Assembly: GCA_039028615.1 (NCBI GenBank) | Contig: JBCCHT010000002.1 | Span: 128,001 to 192,000 of the forward strand | Reading direction: 5' to 3' | DNA: 64,000 bases | DNA from: Myxococcota bacterium | GTDB taxonomy: Bacteria; Myxococcota_A; Polyangia; Nannocystales; Nannocystaceae | In this document: positions 10,354 through 20,202 of the stretch, one piece after another | Position numbering within the stretch: position 1 is the first letter of the stretch | Layout of the letters: the number at the start of each line of letters is the position of its first letter | Translations under genes and position numbers: made by a program | Notes under the pieces: model-generated | Told to the model about the DNA's origin: nothing | Databases searched by the model: none | What the model saw: the letters and a program-made list of their open reading frames with translations, nothing else

Positions 10354-11265
10354 GTGATCCACGGCCGCGCGACCTTGATGCTGCTCCTGGTCTGGGGCGC
10401 GGCCTGTACCCGGGTTTCCGACCGATCTCGTTTCGAGGCCGTCTCCGACGAGCTCGAGATTCTCGCCAGCGCTCCCCGCCCGGGCGCGCTCGGGGTCGAC
10501 CCCGAGGTCCGCGTCGACCTGTGCTTGTCCGGTCGGATCGACCCCCGCTCCGTCACCGAAATCGACGCGACCATTACCTCGGGCAGCTCCGTCACCGACA
10601 CGGAGCTGTCGGTCCAGCTGCTGCCCTGGCTCGAGCCCGGCACCGATCTCCCGCCCGAAGATACCAGCACCCCGTGGTGTAACGGCAGCGTGCTGTCCAT
10701 CGCCCCCAAGATCACCCTGGCCGCGGGTGCGCAGTACCGCTTGCGGCTGCGCCCCAGTCCCGTGGGTTGGGAGGGCGAGACCTTGTCGACCGAAGGTCCC
10801 CTGTGGACCACCGCCGACGACGGCAGCGACCCGCGCTACATCCTCGAGTTCACCATCGACTCCGATCCCTTCACCGAGCCGCCCTTGCCCGGTGAAGAGG
10901 AAGACCCGCCGACCCCGGCCCTCACGCTCACCAACCTGTTCGCGCCCGGAGGCCCCTTCGACCCCGAGCGCGCGCTGTGCAGCTGTCATCTCGATTCCGA
11001 GTCGTTGGCCTTCGAGCGCCTCGACTTGACCGACCCGACCGTCGCCTACGCGGACCTGCTCGGCTCGGCCGAGCTGCGCGATACCGGATTCCCCATGGTC
11101 GCGCCGCGCGATCCTTCGCAGAGTTTTCTGCTGCAGAAGCTGATGCACGAAGATGACGATGCGCTGCTCGGGGTGCTCGGCGACCCGATGCCGCCCGATG
11201 ATCCGCTGGCGTACTTGGACCTGCTGCGCATCGTGCAGTGGATCAGCGACGGCGCCGAACCGTAG
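10354..11265 (+). CDS. Lipoprotein with Ig-like (Big_5-like) domain and C-terminal cytochrome-c-like domain
   Basis: Lipobox GAAC; P.PGA.GV...V...S..IDP.SV pattern; C-terminal CSCH...AY..L...VAP.DP..SFLL.KL...MPP...I..WI..GA; start may be 10354 or 10378. Confidence 0.65.
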   Translation: MIHGRATLMLLLVWGAACTRVSDRSRFEAVSDELEILASAPRPGALGVDPEVRVDLCLSGRIDPRSVTEIDATITSGSSVTDTELSVQLLPWLEPGTDLPPEDTSTPWCNGSVLSIAPKITLAAGAQYRLRLRPSPVGWEGETLSTEGPLWTTADDGSDPRYILEFTIDSDPFTEPPLPGEEEDPPTPALTLTNLFAPGGPFDPERALCSCHLDSESLAFERLDLTDPTVAYADLLGSAELRDTGFPMVAPRDPSQSFLLQKLMHEDDDALLGVLGDPMPPDDPLAYLDLLRIVQWISDGAEP

Positions 11266-11393
11266 CCACGCCGTCATCCAACTTCCCCTGACGGGTTCGT
11301 CGGGCGACGTCACTACCCCTCGGGACGACATCACCGGAGCGCGAGCACGGTGCTCGTGGTTCGCCGACGTCGTTGTCTCGCCGAGGACTCACG

Positions 11394-12491
11394 ATGGCAG
11401 AGCAGGAAAACACGACCGACGACTCAACCGGAGGCGAAGGCCTTCCCGCTGGCGATGGCTCAGGCACGAACACCGGATCCGGGTCGGACGACGGCCCGAC
11501 CGAGGGTAATGGCCCAGTTGCGGACGACGGCTCGACACGGAGCAACGGCCCAGCTACGGGCGACGACTCGGCAACAGACAGAGGCTCTGCTTCTGGCAAT
11601 GGCTGGGCCGCAGGTAGCCCCCCTCCATTGCCCGGAACACCGCCCCCGCTCCCGAACATCGAGCCACCCCCAAAGCCGCCGCGTTGGGGGCACTTTCACA
11701 ACTTCACATCGCTGATGCTCATCGCGGCGCTCGTCGTGGCGGGTCTACGTGCTCCCGTGGCCCAAGCCTGGATTCTGGGGATGGTGTTCCTGCTTGCTTT
11801 CTGCGCGATTGCAGGGCACGGGGTGACCAACAACGTGTTCGGCGTTCTGATCGATCGCCGCAACAAGATGACTCTATCCCGACTGCAGATGCTGCTTTGG
11901 ACGGTGGTCGTCCTTTCCGCGTACGTCATGCTGGTCATCGCTAGAATCCTCTACGCCCCCGAAGGCGCCGCTCCGATCGCAGACCCGTTGGCGATCGAGG
12001 TTCCAGCGGAGCTTTGGGAACTCATGGGAATCGGAGTGGCATCTCTGGTCGGATCTCCGCTCATTCTCGGTTCCAAGGCCAACAAGGAGCCGAAGAACGG
12101 CACTCTGGAGAAGAACCTCAGCGCCTATGCGGCGCAGCTGGGCATGAAACGGTCCGATGCCGAGAGCCAAAAACACACCCACGATGGGCTCATCGACACG
12201 AACGAGAACCCCTCCGAGGCACGCTTCGCCGATATGTTCAGGGGAGACGAGGTCGGCAACTTCGCCTACTTGGACCTCGGCAAGGTCCAGATGCTCTTTT
12301 TCACCTTGATCCTACTCATCGCGTACTGCGCTCAGCTCTGGGTCTACTTCGCCAATCCCGACACCAGCGAGCTCATGAAACCCGAGGCTCGGTTGCCAGT
12401 GCTCTCGGAGAGCATGCTCGCTCTGCTCGCCATCAGCCACGCCGGGTACCTCGGGGCCAAGGCCACCACTCACACCCCGGTCAAGACCTAG
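11394..12491 (+). CDS. Hypothetical multi-pass membrane protein with Gly/Asp/Pro-rich N-terminus
   Basis: GAGGA before ATG 11394; TM helices with repeated LSRLQMLLWT / LGKVQMLFFT and ISHAGYLG motifs; more A/T-ending codons than neighbours. Confidence 0.75.
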   Translation: MAEQENTTDDSTGGEGLPAGDGSGTNTGSGSDDGPTEGNGPVADDGSTRSNGPATGDDSATDRGSASGNGWAAGSPPPLPGTPPPLPNIEPPPKPPRWGHFHNFTSLMLIAALVVAGLRAPVAQAWILGMVFLLAFCAIAGHGVTNNVFGVLIDRRNKMTLSRLQMLLWTVVVLSAYVMLVIARILYAPEGAAPIADPLAIEVPAELWELMGIGVASLVGSPLILGSKANKEPKNGTLEKNLSAYAAQLGMKRSDAESQKHTHDGLIDTNENPSEARFADMFRGDEVGNFAYLDLGKVQMLFFTLILLIAYCAQLWVYFANPDTSELMKPEARLPVLSESMLALLAISHAGYLGAKATTHTPVKT

Positions 12492-13436
12492 CCTGCCCGT
12501 ATCCGCCGCGGTCGCGCGCCCTCTGGGCCGCGCGACCGTGGCCAGCAACGACCGCGCTGGACCTTCGTCGATCCCCATCTCGTCCGGCCCCTGCCGATCG
12601 TTCGGATGATGGAACGTCCCGAACAAGCGGTCCCAGATCACCAGCCCGTTCGAGAAGTTCGCGTCGCCCCCGTCCTTCAGATCCAGCGCATGGTGCCAGC
12701 GATGAATCCGGCACGTGGCGAAGATCGTATTCAGCACGCCGAAGCGCAGCCGGACGTTGTAGTGCGAGGGGATCCCGATCGCATGCTGCATCACGTGCGA
12801 CAGCACGATGGCCTCCTCCGACAAGCCGAGCAGCACGGGAAGCCCGAAGGTCAGGACGTTGCGCAGCGCGTAGTCCAGAGGGTGCGAAAACTGGATGTTG
12901 AAGGTCCGCATCTTCTGCACGCCGTGGTGAACCTTGTGAAAGGCCCACAGCGCGGGGATGCGGTGCTGCGCGCGATGAATGAAGTACCGGCTCAGGTCCA
13001 TGAGCAGATAGGCCACGATCGCCTGCATCCACCACGGCCCGAACCACTCCGCGGGCATGAGGCCTGACTGCCCGGTGAGGGCGACGGCGAGCCGCATCGC
13101 ACCGAGCGTGACCAGCGGACCGAACAGCCGCGAGTTCGCGACCACGTTGATCACCGAGTTGACGACCTCGATCGCACTGCTGGGCTTGGTGTCCCGCTCG
13201 CGGCTGTAGGGCAGCACCCACTCCAGCAGCAAGCCGGAGACGATCATGAACGAGAACGACGCCAGCAGCACGCGCGCCTTGGGTACCTCGGCGTGCACCA
13301 GCAACGCACCACCACCGATCGCGACGGTGAGCAGCACGGGATAGGCCGCGACGGCGAAGGCACGAGTCAGCGGCCCGTCGCCGCTCCCGACGGGCTGCGC
13401 TTCTTTCGTCGACGCCGGAGATCGTTCGCTGGACAT
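12312..13436 (-). CDS. Sterol desaturase family protein (copy 1; C-terminally extended by stop loss)
   Basis: HRAQH, HKVHH, HRWHH His boxes; NF...LVIWDRLFGTF; overlaps the convergent gene by 180 nt. Confidence 0.85.
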   Translation of the reverse strand: MSSERSPASTKEAQPVGSGDGPLTRAFAVAAYPVLLTVAIGGGALLVHAEVPKARVLLASFSFMIVSGLLLEWVLPYSRERDTKPSSAIEVVNSVINVVANSRLFGPLVTLGAMRLAVALTGQSGLMPAEWFGPWWMQAIVAYLLMDLSRYFIHRAQHRIPALWAFHKVHHGVQKMRTFNIQFSHPLDYALRNVLTFGLPVLLGLSEEAIVLSHVMQHAIGIPSHYNVRLRFGVLNTIFATCRIHRWHHALDLKDGGDANFSNGLVIWDRLFGTFHHPNDRQGPDEMGIDEGPARSLLATVARPRGRATAADTGRLGLDRGVSGGLGPEVPGVADGEQSEHALREHWQPSLGFHELAGVGIGEVDPELSAVRDE

Positions 13437-13546
13437 CGTGCTCGGTCAGAGACGAGCCGGGCGCCTCCAAAACGAGGAGTACCCCAAGATGCCCAGCCCA
13501 TTCAGCTCTCGAGCGAATGCGGGCGTGGGCGGGGCCCTAACGCCGC

Positions 13547-14482
13547 TCACGGCCGAAGCAGCGTCGACATCAGCGAGCGGGGCGGCCCCTCTTCGATCCC
13601 CTGGGCGGGCGGACCCTCACGGTCGACGGGATGATGGAAGGAACCGAAGAGTCGGTCCCAGATGACCAGCCCCGCCCCGAAGTTGGAGTCACCGCCGTCC
13701 TCGAGGTCGACCGCGTGGTGCCAGCGATGGATGCGAGCGGTCACGAAGATGGAGTTCAACAGGCCGAAGCGCAGCCTCGCGTTGTAGTGCGAGGGCACCC
13801 CGGTCGCGTGCTGCAGCACGACGGCGAGCACGATCCCTTCCTCCGAGAACCCGAGCAACACGGGGATGTAGAAGGTCACGACGTTGCGGACCAGGTAGTC
13901 GAGGGGATGCGAAAACTGGAGGTTGAAGGTCCGCACCTTCTCCACGCTGTGGTGAACCTTGTGAAACTTCCATAGTGCGGGAATGCGGTGCTGCGCACGA
14001 TGGATGAAGTAGCGGCACGAGTCGGTGACGAGGAAGGCCAGGATCGCCTGCATCCACAGCGGCCCGAACCACTCGGAAGGCATCAGGCCGGACCGACCGG
14101 TCAACGCGACGGAGAGCTTCAACGCACCGAGTGCCATCAGCGGACCGAAGAGACGCGAGTTGGCGATGACGTTCGCCAGCGAGTTGATGATCTCGATCGC
14201 ACCGGTCGGCTTCGTGCCTCTGCGTTGGTTGTAGGGGAGCAGCCACTCCAGCAACAACCCTGAGCCAACGGTGAACGCGAAGGAAAAGAGCGTGATGAGC
14301 GGGCTCGCCACATCGGCCAGCACGAACATCACGCCGCCGAGGACCGCCCCCACGAGGACCACGGGATAGGCGACGACGGAGAGAAGCTTCGCCGCGCGCC
14401 CGTCCCCCCATGGGGCGCGATCGCTCGCAGCGGCAGGAATTACAGCAGTACTCGCAGGACCAGGGCCAACGACTCGTTCCAA
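13547..14482 (-). CDS. Sterol desaturase family protein (copy 2, tandem paralog)
   Basis: Same His boxes, highly similar to copy 1; TTG start at 14482 chosen because GGAGG lies 6 nt upstream (ATG 14536 is an alternative). Confidence 0.85.
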   Translation of the reverse strand: MERVVGPGPASTAVIPAAASDRAPWGDGRAAKLLSVVAYPVVLVGAVLGGVMFVLADVASPLITLFSFAFTVGSGLLLEWLLPYNQRRGTKPTGAIEIINSLANVIANSRLFGPLMALGALKLSVALTGRSGLMPSEWFGPLWMQAILAFLVTDSCRYFIHRAQHRIPALWKFHKVHHSVEKVRTFNLQFSHPLDYLVRNVVTFYIPVLLGFSEEGIVLAVVLQHATGVPSHYNARLRFGLLNSIFVTARIHRWHHAVDLEDGGDSNFGAGLVIWDRLFGSFHHPVDREGPPAQGIEEGPPRSLMSTLLRP

Positions 14483-15414
14483 ACTCGACCTCCCAGCAAG
14501 GGGTAATGACCGAGCCCGGTTTTGTTCACCACGCATGAAAAAAGTTCGGCGGTCCCTGCGGGGCGGTCGGGCGCGAGGAGCATCCCTTCGCTCCGTACGG
14601 TCGCGCCCATGTGATCGCGTCATGACTTCGAGTCCGCGAACCCACCGTGCGGCCGAAACGCACTCCAGCTCGCGATAGGCCTGTCATTCCCGTCATTCGA
14701 CGAACGCTCCCAGAGCCAATCCGGCGGTCGACCTTCGCGACGCCAACCGCCGCAACCCGAGCAACACACCGCGCGACCGCTCGGCAGAAATTGCGGGATG
14801 CGGAAGATCCTGCATCGCCGTGATCATGGATCGAGAAGATATTGCCGAATCAGACACTGGCACTTGTACACATTCTGCGAATCGTGCAGTGAATCGCCAG
14901 CGGCGCACGGTGGCAACAACACTTGTCGGGACTCGATCCACCCACATCCATACGCACGCGTCCACCGGGATCGAACCGCAGCAAAACACTCAGTTTCAGC
15001 CACCAAAAGGCACGTGACACACGTTTCTCTTCGACCCCCGGCCCGAGCGTTCGCATTGAGACTCTCACGGTAGTGGCAATCCCAACGACAGAAGTCATGG
15101 TCGGACTGTCCCGATTGTAGCGACATGAACAGAACTGGCGCGACGAGGCAGGCGGTCACCCACTTACCGCGAGAGGTTCTTTGATTACACACCTGCGACG
15201 CGCCGTCGCGTCTCGCAAACTCTCGACACGGCTCGGTTGGACGGGCTCGACGCCATCGGACAGCTTTGGGATCGGGCCGCGCTCGTTGGGACCGAGCGAG
15301 CGCGCCTTCGTTCGTCAGCTCGATGCGCGCCCGGTTTGAGGAAGGACCGAGCCGCATCGAACCGACATGCGAGGGCTCGTGCACCCGCCACGAGCCCACC
15401 CCAGGAGGAATGCC

Positions 15415-16830
15415 ATGAAGACCGACCGTTTGTACGCACTCGCGACTTTGATAGCCCCCCTAGCCCTGTTCACGCTGGCCTGCGACGGGCCAGGAGATGC
15501 CGATGGCGACCGCCGAGGCCCTCCGGGGGGAGGACCCGGCGGAGGCCCTGGTGGTGGACCAGGTGGTGGTGGCCGAGGCGTCGCCGAGGTTCGCGACCAC
15601 ATCGACAACCACGACGTCGATCCCATCCCCCCTGCCCCCGCGGTGAGCGACGAGATGTTCGCCTTGGGTCAGGCGCTGGCCTTCGACAAGGAGCTCAGCG
15701 GCAACCGAGACATCTCGTGCCTCACTTGCCATCACCCGAGCCTGGGCAGCGACGACGACCGAGCGCTGCCCAACGGCGTGGGTGGCACGGGGCTCGGGGC
15801 CGAGCGCAGCGGCGGCGACGTGATCCCGCGCAACGCTCCGGCCCTGTTCAACCTGCACGCGTTCGACACCATGTTCTGGGACAGCCGGGTCGAGCGACTG
15901 CCCGACGGCACGCTCCGGAGCCCGGCGGGCGATCAGCTCACGCCGGAGATGCTCGCCGTGTTCGACCACGGCCTGGTCTCCGCGCAGGCCATGTTCCCCG
16001 TGACCTCGCGCGAGGAGATGCGAGGCCACTCCGGCGACAACGAGCTCGCCGACATCCCCGACGGTGACTTCACTGCGATCTGGGCCGCGCTGATGAGCCG
16101 GCTGGGTGCGATCCCGACCTACGTCGACATGTTCGAGGCCGCCTACCCCGGCACCGACTTCGGCGACATGACCTTCGCCCATGCGGCCAACGCCATCGCG
16201 GCGTTCGAGGTGTCGGGCTTCGAGAGCCGGGACAGCGACTGGGAGCGCTTCATCGCGGGCGACGACGATGCCTTGAACCGCGAGGAGATCGATGGTGCAC
16301 GCTGGTTTTTCGATGGCGGCTGCGCCGAGTGCCACAACGGCCCCGGCCTGTCCGACTATCGGCACCACAACACCGGTCTGGCGCAGTTCGGCCCCGGCAA
16401 GGGCGATGGCCCCGGGGGCAACGACGACTTCGGCCGCGAGCAGGTCACGGGTGATCCGGACGACCGCTATGCGTTTCGGACCTCGCCGCTGTTCAACATC
16501 GAGCTGACCGGGCCCTACGGGCACGCGGGGCAGTTCGCCGACCTGCGCGACCACATCGTTCACTACCTCGATCCCCGAGACAACCTGCGGGACTACGAGA
16601 TCGAGGAGCACGTGGACGACGAGTCGCTGTGGCCCACGATCCTCGACAACGTCGAGCAGATCCTCGACACCCTCAGCCCGCGCACTCGATCGAACCTGGG
16701 CGGCGGCAACACGCCGCGCCGCGTCGCCGAGACCGAGGCGTTCTTGCGGGCGATGACCGGAGACGACGCGCGGGACCTCGACCACCTCGTCCCGGATAAC
16801 GTGCCCAGCGGGCTCCCCGTCGCCGACTGA
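15415..16830 (+). CDS. Diheme cytochrome c peroxidase / MauG superfamily lipoprotein
   Basis: AGGAGG RBS; lipobox TLAC; LSGNRDISCLTCH, FWDSR, CAECH, FRTSPL.N.ELTGPYGHAG. Confidence 0.9.
   Translation: MKTDRLYALATLIAPLALFTLACDGPGDADGDRRGPPGGGPGGGPGGGPGGGGRGVAEVRDHIDNHDVDPIPPAPAVSDEMFALGQALAFDKELSGNRDISCLTCHHPSLGSDDDRALPNGVGGTGLGAERSGGDVIPRNAPALFNLHAFDTMFWDSRVERLPDGTLRSPAGDQLTPEMLAVFDHGLVSAQAMFPVTSREEMRGHSGDNELADIPDGDFTAIWAALMSRLGAIPTYVDMFEAAYPGTDFGDMTFAHAANAIAAFEVSGFESRDSDWERFIAGDDDALNREEIDGARWFFDGGCAECHNGPGLSDYRHHNTGLAQFGPGKGDGPGGNDDFGREQVTGDPDDRYAFRTSPLFNIELTGPYGHAGQFADLRDHIVHYLDPRDNLRDYEIEEHVDDESLWPTILDNVEQILDTLSPRTRSNLGGGNTPRRVAETEAFLRAMTGDDARDLDHLVPDNVPSGLPVAD
15517..15573 (+). repeat. 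In-frame 12-nt tandem repeat encoding a (GGGP)n linker
   Basis: GPPGGGPGGGPGGGPGGGG encoded by degenerate 12-nt units. Confidence 0.6.
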
Positions 16831-17024
16831 GGGGTCACAGGTGGGTGCGACCCCGACAAAGGGCGTGCCCACCTGCAAATGTGGCATGCGATTTCGGCGG
16901 ACTCCGATTCCTTTCGGCATGGAGCGTCGTCGGTCGTCAGTGAAGTCACGGGATTTTGTCTCAACGCAGACCAACTTTTCCTCATCGAAAAATCCGCGAA
17001 GCGCCACTTGTCTGGGTGAACCCC

Positions 17025-17717
17025 ATGGCAGTGATGGACACCCGACTCTGCGACACCGCGTCGCTCGCCCACACGATGGCCGCCGCGCTGTTGGGGCTGA
17101 GCATCGTGTTGCTGCTGGGCTCGGGATGCCGCACCACCCAGGGGGATTGCTCCGGCGGTACATGCGTGTGCGAGCCGGGGGCGAGCTGCGATCTCGAGTG
17201 CGAAGCGCCTCCCTGCACCGTCGAGTGCGCGGGCGACAACCCCGAGTGCGTAGCCGCCTGCGGCAACGGCGAGTGCCACTGCGGCCAGGGCAGCAACTGC
17301 GACTTCGAATGCCAGTCGCCGCCCTGCCACGTGGACTGCCAAGCCGAGACCGAGTGTCGAGGCGCATGTGCGAATGGGGAATGCACGTGCACTCGAGGAT
17401 CGCAGTGCGATTTTTCGTGCGATGCCGGGCCTTGTCATGTGACCTGCGAGGGGGAACACGCCGGTTGCAATGGAGTGTGTGCCAACGGCACCTGCTCTTG
17501 TGGGCCCAACAGTCGCTGCGACTTCGAATGCCTCGATGCCAACTGCTCGGTCCTTTGCGAAGAGGGGTCGGTCTGCACCTTGCGCTGTCCGGGAGGGGAG
17601 CCCGGCGAGCAAGGTTGCAGGTTCGACGTCTGTCACGGAGCAGAACCAGTCTCGTGCGGAGAAGAGGACGCACGAGTCCTGGTGTGCGGCTCGACCTGCG
17701 AAGAGGTCGCCGCCTAG
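17025..17717 (+). CDS. Cys-rich repeat lipoprotein
   Basis: Lipobox GSGC; about four repeats of C.C..G..CD..C...PC.V.C......C...C.NG; start uncertain (17025/17034/17076). Confidence 0.8.
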   Translation: MAVMDTRLCDTASLAHTMAAALLGLSIVLLLGSGCRTTQGDCSGGTCVCEPGASCDLECEAPPCTVECAGDNPECVAACGNGECHCGQGSNCDFECQSPPCHVDCQAETECRGACANGECTCTRGSQCDFSCDAGPCHVTCEGEHAGCNGVCANGTCSCGPNSRCDFECLDANCSVLCEEGSVCTLRCPGGEPGEQGCRFDVCHGAEPVSCGEEDARVLVCGSTCEEVAA

Positions 17718-17845
17718 CGCGTCTGTCGGGTCGGGGGCACGCTCGTCATGAGCCCCGCCCCCGGCTCGACGCGCCTTTTTGACCCGGCTGGCTCGTTCAA
17801 TCTGCGTGGTCATGCCGGACGTCGGTCGGGCCTGCGCTACCATCG

Positions 17846-19297
17846 ATGGCCATGGCCGCCTCCCCCTCGCTCGGCCGCGCCCTGCTGGTATCCGCCTTCG
17901 CCCTGAGCTCGGTGCGTTGCTTCGGTGACGACGGCGGGGGTTCTCGGTCGAAGCCTGGCCACGCCGAGCCCTCGTCGCCCACGAGTACGCCCGGCTCGTC
18001 TCCGGCACCGAAAATCGAGGAGCCCCCACCCGAGCCCATCGTCCGTGGCACCGTGCCCACGAGCATCGACGCCGCCGCGCCGTGGCTGAGCCACCGGAAC
18101 CTGCGAACCCCGGCGCCCAGTCAGGAGCAATGCATGGAGCGCCATGGGCTGTCGCCGCAGGAGGCGGGCCCGGTCCGAGATGCGCTGATGGTGTGCCGAG
18201 TCACCGTCCCCACCACGCGTACCTACGATGGAGGCAAGCGCCTGGGCTTCGCCAACAACGCCCCCGATCTCGACGTCGTCGTCGCGATCGCGGACGAGCC
18301 GCCCGCGCTGTTTCGTGGTGAGCACAACGAGTACTCCGCGTGCGTGGCTGTTCCCTTGGTCGACCTCGACGAGGGAGACGAGGTCCGCATGCGCCTGTGG
18401 GACCGCAATCCAACCAAAGACCAACCCCTGGGCTCCATTCAGGGCAGCTTTTCGGGGGCATTCCCGCTCGTCGTCGACAACGACGACGGCATCGAAGCTC
18501 GCTGTAACTTCGTGGCTCCGCCCGTGCTCGACGCGCACGTCACCGCCGAGACGTTACCCACCATCGACGAGCGGCTCACGGAATACCAAGAGGCCCTCGA
18601 CGAAAAGCGGCTCGGCATGCCCGCGTTGCTCGAAGACCGTCGACGGATGAAGTGGGCCCTCGAGGTCGGGGCCAGCGACGTCGGCTGGACCGACTCTCGC
18701 ATCGAGCGACGACGCAAGGCCCTGGGTGAGCTCACCAAGAAGGCGGCCCAGTCCGTCAGTACACCACGAGCCAAGGATCCGAAGTTTTCCTTCGGGATGG
18801 GCACCCTGCACGGCACCCTCGAGCGGATCGAGTGTGGGGTCGAGAACACCGAGGAGCTGTTTCCCCGGCTGAAAGCCCCCATGGCCTGGCCCGCGCTGGG
18901 GTCGGGCTGCCGCCTCGTCGGTACGCTGACCGCCGTGGGCAACCGGGCGGGCGACGTGCACAGCGGAGGCAACGGCGACCTGCTCACGGCGTACCTGATC
19001 ACGATGACCGGCGAGATGATCGAGCTGGGCGCCCACGTCGAGTACGGGGGCTTCTTCGGCGACGATCTCAGCAGCCACCTCGTCGAGCAACGCATGCCTC
19101 GGGGCAAGGCGCTCCCGCTGCGCCTGGAGCCCAAGATCCGTCCCGTCGACTTTCGCACGGCACGCTACGGTGGAGCGTGGGGCCTGTGGCTGAAGCCTCG
19201 CGACCCGAGCTTCGACGATCAAAAACGCTTCTGGACCGGCGTGTTGCTGCCGGTCGATGCTCTGGCGGCGCCCCAGGCTGAGGCCAAGACCGAGTAG
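17846..19297 (+). CDS. Exported/lipoprotein hypothetical protein with a possible C2-like domain
   Basis: Hydrophobic signal ending SVRC; Pro-rich linker; APDLDVVV and VRMRLWDRNPTKDQPLGSI segments. Confidence 0.65.
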   Translation: MAMAASPSLGRALLVSAFALSSVRCFGDDGGGSRSKPGHAEPSSPTSTPGSSPAPKIEEPPPEPIVRGTVPTSIDAAAPWLSHRNLRTPAPSQEQCMERHGLSPQEAGPVRDALMVCRVTVPTTRTYDGGKRLGFANNAPDLDVVVAIADEPPALFRGEHNEYSACVAVPLVDLDEGDEVRMRLWDRNPTKDQPLGSIQGSFSGAFPLVVDNDDGIEARCNFVAPPVLDAHVTAETLPTIDERLTEYQEALDEKRLGMPALLEDRRRMKWALEVGASDVGWTDSRIERRRKALGELTKKAAQSVSTPRAKDPKFSFGMGTLHGTLERIECGVENTEELFPRLKAPMAWPALGSGCRLVGTLTAVGNRAGDVHSGGNGDLLTAYLITMTGEMIELGAHVEYGGFFGDDLSSHLVEQRMPRGKALPLRLEPKIRPVDFRTARYGGAWGLWLKPRDPSFDDQKRFWTGVLLPVDALAAPQAEAKTE

Positions 19298-19334
19298 CTT
19301 CGCTCGCGCACGGCCGTGATAGCCTCGCCACCGC

Positions 19335-20189
19335 ATGAGCCTGGTGTCACGCGGCGGCGTCCTCAACCTTCCGAGACTGCTGGCCGTGGCGGGACTGCTG
19401 ACGCAGACCACCGCTTGTACCTCGGACGAGTGGCCGCCGATCTCCGAGGACGAAGAAGGCTCCACCACCGCGGAAGAGGACGACGAGGCCTACGAGTTCG
19501 CCGAGCTCGAGATCGTCCAGCCCGATCCCGCCTCCATCCACCCCATCGGCGCTCGGATCCCGCTGCTCGCCCAGGTGCTCCAGCCCGATGGCAGCGAGTT
19601 GACCGTGGACGATGTCGAGTGGGTCTCGGACGACTCCGACCTGCCGCTGCTCGACACCCTGCAAGGCGACGTCGAGCTGCCGCCCGGCGTCTACGACCTG
19701 AGTGCCATCGCCCGGCTGCCCAACGGTGATCGGCTTCAGACCACGGTGGGAGACATCCGGGTGCAGGCCCCCTGGACCGGCGAATACTCGGGAGACGTGG
19801 TGCTCGTGATCTCGGTCGAGTTCCAGGGTCTGCCGCTGTCGCCCCGCTGCCAGGGGCCGCTCGAGCTCCGCGTGGGGCTCGACGGTCGCACCTTCGACGC
19901 CGCGGATGGCCAGTGCACCATCGACGTCGCCATCGTCAGCCTCGACGCGACCTACTCGCTCGAGGCCGAGATCGACGACGCCGGCATCGTGACCGGCACC
20001 ATCGACTTCGAGTTTCAGGCGCCCACCGGGCCCTTCGAGATTCCGCTCGAGTGGACGGGGGCGTTTACCGACCGCGCCTTCGGAGCCGCGCTGGAGGGCA
20101 CGGTCACGGTGCCGCTCATCGGCTCGGCCGACGTCTCCGGCTACCTGCAGGCGCCGCTGGTCGACCCGTACATCGACCCCGAGGACTGA
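19335..20189 (+). CDS. Acidic hypothetical lipoprotein
   Basis: Lipobox TTAC; beta-rich acidic body; GC3-rich codons. Confidence 0.75.
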   Translation: MSLVSRGGVLNLPRLLAVAGLLTQTTACTSDEWPPISEDEEGSTTAEEDDEAYEFAELEIVQPDPASIHPIGARIPLLAQVLQPDGSELTVDDVEWVSDDSDLPLLDTLQGDVELPPGVYDLSAIARLPNGDRLQTTVGDIRVQAPWTGEYSGDVVLVISVEFQGLPLSPRCQGPLELRVGLDGRTFDAADGQCTIDVAIVSLDATYSLEAEIDDAGIVTGTIDFEFQAPTGPFEIPLEWTGAFTDRAFGAALEGTVTVPLIGSADVSGYLQAPLVDPYIDPED

Positions 20190-20202
20190 ACCCCTCGCGG
20201 CG

